This document shows positions 8,159 to 16,110 of a stretch of DNA of 64,000 nt, piece by piece. The stretch comes from an uncultured Acidobacteriota bacterium (GTDB lineage Bacteria > Acidobacteriota > Vicinamibacteria > Vicinamibacterales > 2-12-FULL-66-21). Location of the stretch: the NCBI GenBank assembly GCA_963836665.1, contig CAWIKL010000002.1, forward strand, positions 276,878 through 340,877. Reading direction: 5' to 3'. The notes below the pieces were generated by a model. The model made no database searches and was not told the origin of the DNA. It worked only from the letters and a program-made list of their open reading frames with translations. The translations under genes and the position numbers were made by a program. The number at the start of each line of letters is the position of its first letter. The first letter of the stretch is position 1.

Positions 8159-9226
8159 ATGAAGGACGACTACAGCCAGCTGCTCGAGTCACAACGGACG
8201 CAGTTCGACAGCGAGGCGGCCACCGCCTCGAGTGAGTCCGACCTTCGTGGCCTTCGTGACAAGTACCTGTCGCGCAAGAATGGGCTGATCGCGGCGCTGA
8301 TGAAGACCATCGCCGGCGCCCCAGCCGAGACGCGGCCAGGCCTCGGCCGCGCGGCGAATCAACTGAAGCAGCACGTCGAGTCGACGATCGAGCAGGCGCT
8401 CACGACTGCGCTCGACGCCGCGTGCGCGCGCGAACGCAAGGCCAACGCCGTCGATGTCACGCTGCCGGGGCGCCCCGCACTGGTCGGGCATCGTCATCCG
8501 CTGACGCTGATGCGCGAACGCGTCGAGGCGATCTTCCTGCGCATGGGCTTCCTGATCGTCGAAGGTCCAGAGCTCGAAGACGACTATCACAACTTCGCCG
8601 CGCTCAACATGCCGGCGGAGCATCCCGCGCGCGACATGCAGGACACGCTCTACCTCGCCGCGCCGCTGCCGGTGCCCGGCGGACGCGCGGCGACGCTGCT
8701 GCGCACGCACACCTCCGGCATGCAGATCCGCTACATGGAGACGCACCAGCCGCCGGTACGCCTGATCGCGCCGGGCCGCGTCTACCGCCGTGACGGCCTC
8801 GACCTGACCCATTCGCCGATGTTCACCCAGGTTGAAGGGCTGGTCGTCGGCGAGGACGTCACCCTGGCTGACTTGAAGGGAACGCTCGTCGCCTTCGCGC
8901 GCGAGCTGTTCGGCGCCGATCGCGGCACACGCTTCCGCCCGAGCTTCTTTCCCTACACCGAGCCGAGCGGCGAGCTCGACATCAGTTGCGCGGCCTGTGG
9001 GGGCAGCGGTTGCGGCATGTGCAAGGGCACCGGCTGGATCGAGGTCCTCGGCAGCGGCGTCGTCCACCCGGCGGTGTTCGAAGCGGTCGGCTACGACCCC
9101 GAGCGCTACACCGGCTTTGCCTTCGGCGTCGGCATCGAGCGGCTCGCGCTCCTCAAGTGGGGCGTCGAGGACATCCGCCTGTTCTACGAAAACGACCTGC
9201 GTTTCCTGGAGCAGTTCTCGCTGTGA
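8159..9226 (+). CDS. pheS: phenylalanine--tRNA ligase alpha subunit
   Basis: Class II core motifs are present (HPLTLMRERVEAIF, FRPSFFPYTEPSGELD, GFAFGVGIERLALLKWG). The ATG at 8159 is preferred over the TTG at 8126, which sits inside the upstream hairpin. Confidence 0.93.
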   Translation: MKDDYSQLLESQRTQFDSEAATASSESDLRGLRDKYLSRKNGLIAALMKTIAGAPAETRPGLGRAANQLKQHVESTIEQALTTALDAACARERKANAVDVTLPGRPALVGHRHPLTLMRERVEAIFLRMGFLIVEGPELEDDYHNFAALNMPAEHPARDMQDTLYLAAPLPVPGGRAATLLRTHTSGMQIRYMETHQPPVRLIAPGRVYRRDGLDLTHSPMFTQVEGLVVGEDVTLADLKGTLVAFARELFGADRGTRFRPSFFPYTEPSGELDISCAACGGSGCGMCKGTGWIEVLGSGVVHPAVFEAVGYDPERYTGFAFGVGIERLALLKWGVEDIRLFYENDLRFLEQFSL

Positions 9227-11340
9227 AGCTGCCGTATCTCTGGCTCACCGATCTCGTGAACGTGCCGGGCGATCCCGAGTCGATCGCGGCGGCGCTCGCC
9301 CTTCGCGGGTTCGAAGTGGCGTCGGTGGAGCACGGCCGTCAGCCGGTGATCGACTTCGAGATCACCGCCAACCGGCCGGACTGTCTGAGTATCATCGGCC
9401 TGGCGCGTGAGGCCTCCGCGGCCTTCGGCGTGCCGCTGCAGCGTCCCGACGCGTCGATGCCGCCCGCCGGCCAGCCGCAGCCGATCGACGTGACGATCGA
9501 GGATCCCGACCTGTGCCCGCGCTACTGCGCGCAGGTATTCGAGGTGCGCTCCAACGGCCTCAGGGAATCGCCGTCCTGGATGCGGGACCGCCTCGAGGCC
9601 TGCGGCGTGCGCAGCATCAACGCCATCGTCGACGTCACCAACTACGTCCTGCTCGAGACGGGACAACCCACACACGCGTTCGACTACAGCAGCCTCGCCG
9701 GCCGCGCGCTGCGCGTCCGCCGCGCGGCCGCGGGTGAGAAGGTGACGACGCTCGACGGCGTCGAGCGCGCCCTCGATCCCGACATGCTGGTGATTGCCGA
9801 CGGCGAGCGGCCACAGGCGGTCGCCGGCGTCATGGGCGGCGCGCATTCGGAGATCGGACCAGGCACGAAGCTGCTGGTGCTCGAGAGCGCCTACTTCAAG
9901 CCGGCGTCCGTGCGCCGCACGAGCAAGAAGCTGGGCCTGAAGACGGAGGCGTCCACGCGGTTCGAGCGTGGCGCCGACATCGACGCCGCGCCGGCGGCGA
10001 TTGCGCGCATCGCGGCGCTGTTGCAGCAGATCGGCGCGGCCCAGCCGGTCGGGCCGACGATCGATCGCTACCCGTCGCCGCGCGCGCCGCTCGTCCTGAG
10101 CTTGCGGTCGTCACGCATCGAGCGCATCCTCGGCACAGCCGTCGCCGATGCGGAGGTGCCGGCCCGGCTCGAGCCGTTGGGCTTTTCGCTGTGCGATGAC
10201 CCGCCCATCGCCCATCGCTGGCTCGTCACCGTCCCGACTTTCCGTGTCGACGTCCTGCGCGAGGTCGATCTCATCGAGGAGATCGCGCGCCACGACGGCT
10301 ACCAGGGACTGCCGGCGACGTTCCCCAAACTCGACGTAGCGCAGGCGCCGCCGGACCCGCGCACGCTGCGCGATCGGCGTCTCCGCCATGTGCTGACCGC
10401 CTGCGGCTTCTCAGAGGCACAGACGTTCTCCTTTATCGAGGTGGAGGCCGCGGAGGCGTTCGCCGCGGCGGCGGCCGACGGCGCGGATCGCGACGAAAAC
10501 GGGGCCGCGGATCACACGAACAGCGCCGATCGCCATAAAGGCGGGGCCGCGGCTCGCGCGGAGGACGCGCTGATCAGGGTCGCCAATCCGCTCTCGGAGA
10601 AATTCGCGGTGCTGCGGCCGTCGCTGCTGGCGGGGCTCGTCGACGCGGCGGCGCACAACCGCCGTCGGCAGCATGCCGACGTGCGGCTGTTCGAGACCGG
10701 GACGCGATTCACCGCGCGTGGCGAAGTCCGCTCGGTGGCGGGGGTCTGGGCCGGAGCGGCGCTGCCGGCGCACTGGTCGAGCGGCGCGCGCCCGGCTGAT
10801 TTCTACGACATCAAAGGCGTCGTCGAAGCAATCGGGTCCGCCTTCGCCGTGACGATCGACTGCGCGCCGGCGGAGGTGCCGTACCTGGTCGCTGGCAAGT
10901 CCGCGTCGGTGACCGGCGGTGTGCTGGGCCAGATCCGCCCCGAGATTGCCGCGGCGCGCGGGTTTCCGGCGCACGAGCCGCTGTGGGCGTTCGAGCTCGA
11001 CGCCGCCGCGCTTGGATCGGCCGCGGCGATCGACGAAATCCGCGCGACATCGTTGCCGCGCTTCCCGTCGATCGTCCGCGACCTCTCGATCCTCGTGGAT
11101 AGTTCCTTGCCTGCCGCCGCGGTTCGTGGCACTATCCGCTCATCGGCTCCGGCCGCGCTCGTCGAGGTGAGCGAGTTCGATCGCTACACCGGATCGGGCG
11201 TGCCGGCAGATCGTGTCAGTTTGTCGCTACGTCTCACGTTCCGCTCGACGGAACGAACGCTGACCGACGCGGAGGCCGACGCGGCGATGCACGGGATCGT
11301 CACGGCGCTGGCGGCGGCCCACAATGCCGTGAGACGATAA
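9223..11340 (+). CDS. pheT: phenylalanine--tRNA ligase beta subunit
   Basis: The GTG start overlaps the pheS stop (GTGA). The sequence VKLPYLWLTDLV... has B3/4, B5 and FDX-ACB-like regions. A low-complexity insertion (AAAADGADRDENGAADHTNSADRHKGG) is present. The longer track ORF from 8986 is an out-of-context extension. Confidence 0.93.
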   Translation: MKLPYLWLTDLVNVPGDPESIAAALALRGFEVASVEHGRQPVIDFEITANRPDCLSIIGLAREASAAFGVPLQRPDASMPPAGQPQPIDVTIEDPDLCPRYCAQVFEVRSNGLRESPSWMRDRLEACGVRSINAIVDVTNYVLLETGQPTHAFDYSSLAGRALRVRRAAAGEKVTTLDGVERALDPDMLVIADGERPQAVAGVMGGAHSEIGPGTKLLVLESAYFKPASVRRTSKKLGLKTEASTRFERGADIDAAPAAIARIAALLQQIGAAQPVGPTIDRYPSPRAPLVLSLRSSRIERILGTAVADAEVPARLEPLGFSLCDDPPIAHRWLVTVPTFRVDVLREVDLIEEIARHDGYQGLPATFPKLDVAQAPPDPRTLRDRRLRHVLTACGFSEAQTFSFIEVEAAEAFAAAAADGADRDENGAADHTNSADRHKGGAAARAEDALIRVANPLSEKFAVLRPSLLAGLVDAAAHNRRRQHADVRLFETGTRFTARGEVRSVAGVWAGAALPAHWSSGARPADFYDIKGVVEAIGSAFAVTIDCAPAEVPYLVAGKSASVTGGVLGQIRPEIAAARGFPAHEPLWAFELDAAALGSAAAIDEIRATSLPRFPSIVRDLSILVDSSLPAAAVRGTIRSSAPAALVEVSEFDRYTGSGVPADRVSLSLRLTFRSTERTLTDAEADAAMHGIVTALAAAHNAVRR

Positions 11341-11405
11341 CGCGTAGCGCGCAGTAGGAGCGCAGGCGCCAGGGCGGTACCGGGGCGAACCCGGAAAGGA
11401 AACGA

Positions 11406-11732
11406 ATGGCAAAGGCAGCGGTCGCGGCCCAGGCGGTGGATCTCGAAGCGATCGACCGGCTCGAGCAGAAGCTGAAACAGCTGGTCGGCGTGCTCAACCA
11501 GACACGCGCCGACTACTCGCGGACGAACGACGAGCTGGCGCGGACGCGCACCGAGCAGGCGCGCGCAGCGGAAGAAAACACGCGGCTGCGCGCCGAGCTC
11601 GACGCGGCCAAGGGGCGGCTGACCGACGCCGAAGGCGCCGGCGCCGAACTTTCCGCGCTGCGCGGCGAACGCGAGCACATCCGCAGCCGGGTCGACGAGA
11701 TGCTGAAGCACATCGAAGGCCTGAACCTGTAA
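11406..11732 (+). CDS. small coiled-coil protein (ZapB-like position upstream of zapA)
   Basis: 108-aa, all heptad-like sequence (LEQKLKQLVGVLNQTRADYSRTNDELARTRTEQARAAEENTRLRAELD...). It lies immediately upstream of zapA. Confidence 0.55.
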   Translation: MAKAAVAAQAVDLEAIDRLEQKLKQLVGVLNQTRADYSRTNDELARTRTEQARAAEENTRLRAELDAAKGRLTDAEGAGAELSALRGEREHIRSRVDEMLKHIEGLNL

Positions 11733-11754
11733 CGCGCACTGAACCTTCAGGGTC

Positions 11755-12075
11755 ATGGACTCCCGCGTCGTCAGCGTCGAGATCAACGGCATGCGCTACC
11801 CGATCCGCAGCCATCTCGACGCCGCGTACATCGCGGATCTTGCGGCCTACGTCGAGCAGAAGATGGTGCTCGCGGCGCAGGAATCGCCCGCCGGCGACAC
11901 ACTCAAGATCGCCGTGCTGGCCGCGCTCAACATCGCCGACGAATGCTTCCGCGCCCGCGAGGAAGGGACCGCCCAGCGGACCGACGTCAGCGCGCGCGCG
12001 CGCGAGCTGGAACGGCTGCTCGACCTGGCCCTGGCCGACGGCGAACCGCTTGCCCGGGCCGCCGGTTCACACTAA
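11755..12075 (+). CDS. zapA: cell division protein ZapA
   Basis: 106-aa ORF: VSVEINGMRYPIRSHLDAAYIADLAAYVEQKM...LKIAVLAALNIADE, a typical ZapA pattern. Confidence 0.85.
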   Translation: MDSRVVSVEINGMRYPIRSHLDAAYIADLAAYVEQKMVLAAQESPAGDTLKIAVLAALNIADECFRAREEGTAQRTDVSARARELERLLDLALADGEPLARAAGSH

Positions 12076-12085
12076 GATCCTTCCC

Positions 12086-12290
12086 GAGGAGTTCGAGTTC
12101 CCTGCTTTGCACGTGATGGTCCATGGAGGCTCGCTTTGAGCCAATGCTCCATCTAAGCGAATCGCGGCGCCGCGCCGTGTGCACGCCTCTGCGAGAGGAA
12201 GCCTGACGCGCGGTGACGAACGGCGGTTCCACCTGGTTATAGCCAGGTTCAAACGACCTCCCCACACGGCAAAGCGGGGCCTTTCTCCAC
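12086..12290 (+). ncRNA. ssrS: candidate 6S RNA
   Basis: The 258-nt gap after zapA has no convincing ORF. The closing helix pairs 12088-12091 GGAG with 12285-12288 CTCC, 12100-12110 CCCTGCTTTGC with 12269-12279 GCAAAGCGGGG, and 12112-12115 CGTG with 12265-12268 CACG. Internal hairpins are ATGGAG/CTCCAT, CCTCT-gcg-AGAGG and CCTGG-ttatag-CCAGG. The zapA-ssrS linkage is known from E. coli. Confidence 0.55.
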
Positions 12291-12296
12291 CGGCCG

Positions 12297-12315
12297 CGGC
12301 GCTCCGGCGCCGTTT
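12297..12315 (+). terminator. short GC hairpin + TTT after the 6S candidate
   Basis: CGGCGC-tccg-GCGCCG followed by TTTAAT. Confidence 0.35.
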
Positions 12316-12332
12316 AATAGATAGAAGGTCAG

Positions 12333-13910
12333 ATGAGTCCGCTCGCCGCGATTGCGCTCGGCGTTTCCGTCCTGGCCGACGTCGCGGTCCTCGCACTGAT
12401 CGGGTGGTGGCTGAAGACGCGCAAGCGCATCGCCACCGACACCATCGGCCGCGCGCAGGAGGAAGCTGTCCAGATCCGGCGCGCCGCTGAGCGCGAGTCC
12501 GAGTCAATCAAGAAGGAGGCCCAGCTCGAAGCGCGCGAGAAGTCTCACACGGTCGTGTCCGCCGCGGAGCAGCAGGCGCGGGCGCGTCAGCAGGAAATCG
12601 CTGCCCTCGACCAGGCACTCGCCGACCGGACGCGTACCCTCGCCGGGCGCATCGGCGAGACCGAGAAGCTCGAGCGCGAGCTGCGCGGGCGCGACGCCGG
12701 GCTCGCCGACATGCAGCGCCGCGCCGAGACCGCCGCCGGCCGCGCCGAACAGCTCGTCGCCGACCGCCAACGCGAGCTGCAGCGCGTTGCCGGCATGACC
12801 GGCGACGAAGCGCGCGAGCTGCTCCTCAAGCAGATCGAAGCCGACGCGCGGCGCGACGCCGCCAACCTGGTCAAGCGCCTGGAAGCCGAAGCGCGCGAAA
12901 CCGCCGGCCAGCGCGCGCAGCAGATCATCGTCGACGCTATCCAGCGCAGTGCCGCCGACCACGCCATCGAAACCACTGTCTCGGTCGTCGATCTGCCGAG
13001 CGACGACCTCAAGGGGCGGATCATCGGCCGCGAAGGGCGCAACATCCGCGCGCTCGAACAGGCGACCGGGGTCGAGCTGATCGTCGACGACACGCCGGGC
13101 GCCATCATCCTGTCCTCGTTCGACCCGTTTCGCCGAGAAGTCGCGCGTCAGGCGATCGCGCGCCTCATCGCCGACGGGCGCATCCATCCGGCCCGCATCG
13201 AGGAGATCGTCGAGAAGGTCAAGGCGGAGATGGAAGAGTCGGTGCGCAAGGAAGGCGAATCGGCGGCCTTCGAGCTCGGCCTCTTCGACCTGCACCCCGA
13301 GATCCTCCGACTGATGGGACGGCTCAAGTTCCGCACCAGCTACGGCCAGAACGTACTCAACCACTCGCGCGAGGTCGCGTTCCTCGCCGGCATCATGGCC
13401 AAGGAGATGGGGCTCAACGGGCACGTCGCCGCGCGCGCCGCCTTCCTGCACGACATTGGCAAGGCGATCGACCGCGACCTGCAGGGGACGCACCTCGAAC
13501 TCGGCCTCGACTTCCTGCGCAAGCACGGCGAGAGCGAGCCGGTGCTGCAGGCGGTGGCGGCGCACCACATGGACATCGACTGGCCGTCGCTCGAAGCGAT
13601 GATCGTCCAGGCCGCCGATGCCATCTCGGCAGCGCGCCCGGGCGCGCGCCGCGATATCCTCGAATCGTACGTCAAACGGCTGGAGAAGCTCGAGAGCATC
13701 GCCGATTCGTTCCAGGGCGTCTCGAAGGCGTTCGCACTCCAGGCGGGCCGCGAAATCCGCATCGTCGTCGAAAGCGAGAAGATCAGCGACGAAGAGACGG
13801 TGTGGCTCTCCAAGGACATCGCGAAACGGATCGAGAACGAGCTCGAGTACCCCGGCCAGATCAAGGTCACCGTCATCCGTGAAACGCGGGCCGTCGAATA
13901 CGCGCGATAG
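12333..13910 (+). CDS. rny: ribonuclease Y
   Basis: 525-aa ORF with an N-terminal TM segment, a coiled coil, a KH domain (GRIIGREGRNIRALEQATGVELIVDD) and an HD domain (FLHDIGKA...AHH). Confidence 0.95.
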   Translation: MSPLAAIALGVSVLADVAVLALIGWWLKTRKRIATDTIGRAQEEAVQIRRAAERESESIKKEAQLEAREKSHTVVSAAEQQARARQQEIAALDQALADRTRTLAGRIGETEKLERELRGRDAGLADMQRRAETAAGRAEQLVADRQRELQRVAGMTGDEARELLLKQIEADARRDAANLVKRLEAEARETAGQRAQQIIVDAIQRSAADHAIETTVSVVDLPSDDLKGRIIGREGRNIRALEQATGVELIVDDTPGAIILSSFDPFRREVARQAIARLIADGRIHPARIEEIVEKVKAEMEESVRKEGESAAFELGLFDLHPEILRLMGRLKFRTSYGQNVLNHSREVAFLAGIMAKEMGLNGHVAARAAFLHDIGKAIDRDLQGTHLELGLDFLRKHGESEPVLQAVAAHHMDIDWPSLEAMIVQAADAISAARPGARRDILESYVKRLEKLESIADSFQGVSKAFALQAGREIRIVVESEKISDEETVWLSKDIAKRIENELEYPGQIKVTVIRETRAVEYAR

Positions 13911-14889
13911 GCTGTCGGAGCGCGATCTCATCGGCGCGATCCGCGCGCGGGTTTCCGCCGCGCCGTGGCTCGCCGTCGGGATCGGCGACGACGCCGCCGT
14001 CGCCGTGCCGGCGCGCGGCGCGCTCGAGATTCTGACCACCGACGCGCTGGTCGAGTCCGTCCATTTCGATCGGCGCCTGAGCTGCCCCGCCGACATCGGC
14101 TGGAAGGCGCTGGCGGTCAATCTGTCCGACGTCGCCGCGATGGGCGGGACGCCGCGGCTGGCACTCCTGTCGCTGGGTATTCCCGAAACGATGGACGCAG
14201 CGGAGATCGACGAGCTGGTCGATGGATTCCTGATGTTGGCGACCGAGTCGCGCGTGACACTGGCCGGCGGCAACATCACGCGATCGCCGGGACCGCTCTT
14301 TGTCGACGTCACCGTCAGCGGCTTCGCGGGGCGGCGCCACGTGCTGACCCGCGGCGGCGGCGAGCCGGGGGACGATCTCTACGTGTCGGGAACCATCGGC
14401 GCGGCGGCGGCCGGACTCTCGGCGTGGCGCGCGGGCGCCGTGCGCGAGATCGCCGGCCTCGACGCCTGTGTCGCACGGCATGTCCGCCCCGAGCCGCGCG
14501 TCCGTCTCGGCACGCTGCTCGGCCGCAACCGCGCCGCCAGCGCGTGCATGGACTCGAGCGATGGCCTCGCCGACGCCGTGCGCCAGATGTCCGCGGCGTC
14601 GGGAACGGGCGCCCGCATCGACGCGGCGCTGCTGCCGATCCCGGAGGCCGCGCGACAGTGGTATTCGCGTGCCGGTGTTGATCCGGCAGTCGCGGCCGCC
14701 GCCGGCGGTGACGACTACGAACTCCTCTTCGCCGTGCCGCGGCGATCCCGGGGCCGCCTGGCGACCGTGGTCCGCCAGGGACGCGGCGTCCCACTTACCC
14801 GGATCGGCACGCTCACCGCCGAACCGGGCGTCTTTTTCGTTCGCGACGGCGCGTTGGAGCCGCTGCCGGAGGGCTTTGTTCACTTCTAA
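13879..14889 (+). CDS. thiL: thiamine-monophosphate kinase
   Basis: The ThiL/AIR-synthase-like fold is supported by LSERDLIGAIRA...GIGDDAAV...LTTDALVESVHFD...DLSDVAAMGG...DSSDGLADA. The start is uncertain (GTG 13879 overlapping rny, or CTG 13912). Confidence 0.85.
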   Translation: MKRGPSNTRDRLSERDLIGAIRARVSAAPWLAVGIGDDAAVAVPARGALEILTTDALVESVHFDRRLSCPADIGWKALAVNLSDVAAMGGTPRLALLSLGIPETMDAAEIDELVDGFLMLATESRVTLAGGNITRSPGPLFVDVTVSGFAGRRHVLTRGGGEPGDDLYVSGTIGAAAAGLSAWRAGAVREIAGLDACVARHVRPEPRVRLGTLLGRNRAASACMDSSDGLADAVRQMSAASGTGARIDAALLPIPEAARQWYSRAGVDPAVAAAAGGDDYELLFAVPRRSRGRLATVVRQGRGVPLTRIGTLTAEPGVFFVRDGALEPLPEGFVHF

Positions 14890-14893
14890 ATCG

Positions 14894-15376
14894 ATGTGGC
14901 ACCTGTCACCGCGCATCCGCCGCTGGCTCGACCAGCTGCTGCATACCCACGACACGCCGGAACGTACCGCCGCCGCCTTCGCGCTCGGTGTGTTTCTCGG
15001 ATTTTCGCCGTTACTCGGTTTTCACACCGTGCTCGGCCTGGTGTTCGCCTTTGCCCTGAACCTGAATCGCGTCGCCGTCCTGCTCGGGATCTATTCGAAC
15101 CTGCCCTGGATCCTGCCGGCCTACTACACGATCGCGACCGCGATCGGCGCCGCCATCCTGCGGGTCCCGATCAAGCCGCGGCTCTTGAAGGAACTGACCG
15201 CCGCGCTGGCCGACGGATCGTGGACCGACTTCCGCCGGTTGGCGCACGCCCTGACTCCGCTCGCCTGGGCCTACGTGCTCGGATCGATGCTTGGGGCCAT
15301 CATCCTCAGCCTGGTCGCGTACCGTCTCTCGCTGACGATGATCGTCGCGCACAGGCGCCGTTTGAAAGAGCTGTAA
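14894..15376 (+). CDS. DUF2062-family membrane protein
   Basis: The sequence MWHLSPRIRRWLDQLLHTHDTPERTAAAFALGVFLGFSPLLGFHTVLGLVFAFALNLN... matches the DUF2062 pattern and has several TM segments. Confidence 0.7.
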   Translation: MWHLSPRIRRWLDQLLHTHDTPERTAAAFALGVFLGFSPLLGFHTVLGLVFAFALNLNRVAVLLGIYSNLPWILPAYYTIATAIGAAILRVPIKPRLLKELTAALADGSWTDFRRLAHALTPLAWAYVLGSMLGAIILSLVAYRLSLTMIVAHRRRLKEL

Positions 15377-15406
15377 GTTACTTAAATGTAAGTAGTTACA
15401 AATATG

Positions 15407-15428
15407 CCTAACCGTCGTTAGGGCTTTT
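15407..15428 (+). terminator. rho-independent-type terminator after the DUF2062 gene
   Basis: CCTAAC-cgtc-GTTAGG followed by GCTTTT. It is preceded by an AT-rich hairpin, TTACTTA-aatg-TAAGTA (15378-15394). Confidence 0.45.
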
Positions 15429-15455
15429 GACTGAACCTGGCTGACAGCCTATAGT
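15427..15455 (+). promoter_or_regulatory. near-consensus sigma-70-type promoter
   Basis: TTGACT (15427-15432), a 17-nt spacer, then TATAGT (15450-15455). It lies just upstream of the 3D-domain gene. Confidence 0.5.
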
Positions 15456-15493
15456 CTCTGGTGCCGGGCTCGACCGCCCGATACTCGGACGAC

Positions 15494-16060
15494 ATGCTGA
15501 TTTCGATCTCACGCTCGTTCGGCCGCAAGCTGGCGGCGACCACCACGGTCGCGGTCGGCTTGGCGCTCATGTACGAGTCGAAGGTGATCGACTTCCGGGA
15601 CATCCCGCTGCCGGTCGAAACGACCGACGCCGCATCTCCGAGCGACGTTCCGCCGGCACCCGGTGTCCAGCATCTTCGGTTCGCCGCCACCGCCTACTGC
15701 AAGGGATCGACGACCGCTTCGGGCGTCAACGTCCGCACCGGCATCGCCGCGGCCGACCCCGATCTCCTGCCTGTCGGCTCGGTGATCCAGGTCGACAAAC
15801 TGGGCGAGCGATACAACGGGATCTACACGATCATGGATACCGGCCCGATGGTCCAAGGGCGGCACATCGACATCTACATCTGGAACTGCAACGAAGCGCT
15901 CCAGTTGGGCCGGCGCGACATCAACATCAACGTGCTCCGCCTCGGTTGGAGTCCCACCGCCAGCAAGCCGAATCTGATTCAGCGCCTCTTCCGCCAGCGT
16001 GAGGCCGCGCGGCTCGACGCCCTGGCGCCGTTGCCGTCGCGGCCGATCGAAATCCGCTAA
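15494..16060 (+). CDS. 3D-domain (MltA/RlpA-like DPBB) protein
   Basis: An N-terminal TM segment is followed by YCKGSTTASGVNVRTGIAAADPDLLPVGSVIQV...IYTIMDTGPMVQGRHIDIYIW, typical of 3D domains. The track ORF starts at GTG 15461. ATG 15494 fits the predicted transcription start better. Confidence 0.75.
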   Translation: MLISISRSFGRKLAATTTVAVGLALMYESKVIDFRDIPLPVETTDAASPSDVPPAPGVQHLRFAATAYCKGSTTASGVNVRTGIAAADPDLLPVGSVIQVDKLGERYNGIYTIMDTGPMVQGRHIDIYIWNCNEALQLGRRDININVLRLGWSPTASKPNLIQRLFRQREAARLDALAPLPSRPIEIR

Positions 16061-16110
16061 CACGAAGAAGACGTCACACACGCCGCACGTGCCCGCCTCC
16101 AGGCGCGCGC

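Noticed and set aside
8986-9222. Extended pheT start at 8986 (784-aa track ORF).
   Set aside because: The extension lies inside pheS in another frame and is Arg-rich nonsense. The conserved PheT N-terminus begins at the GTG overlapping the pheS stop (9223).
12504-14312. 602-aa minus-strand ORF antisense to rny and thiL.
   Set aside because: Same high-GC artefact. It has no recognisable motifs, and both sense genes are unambiguous.
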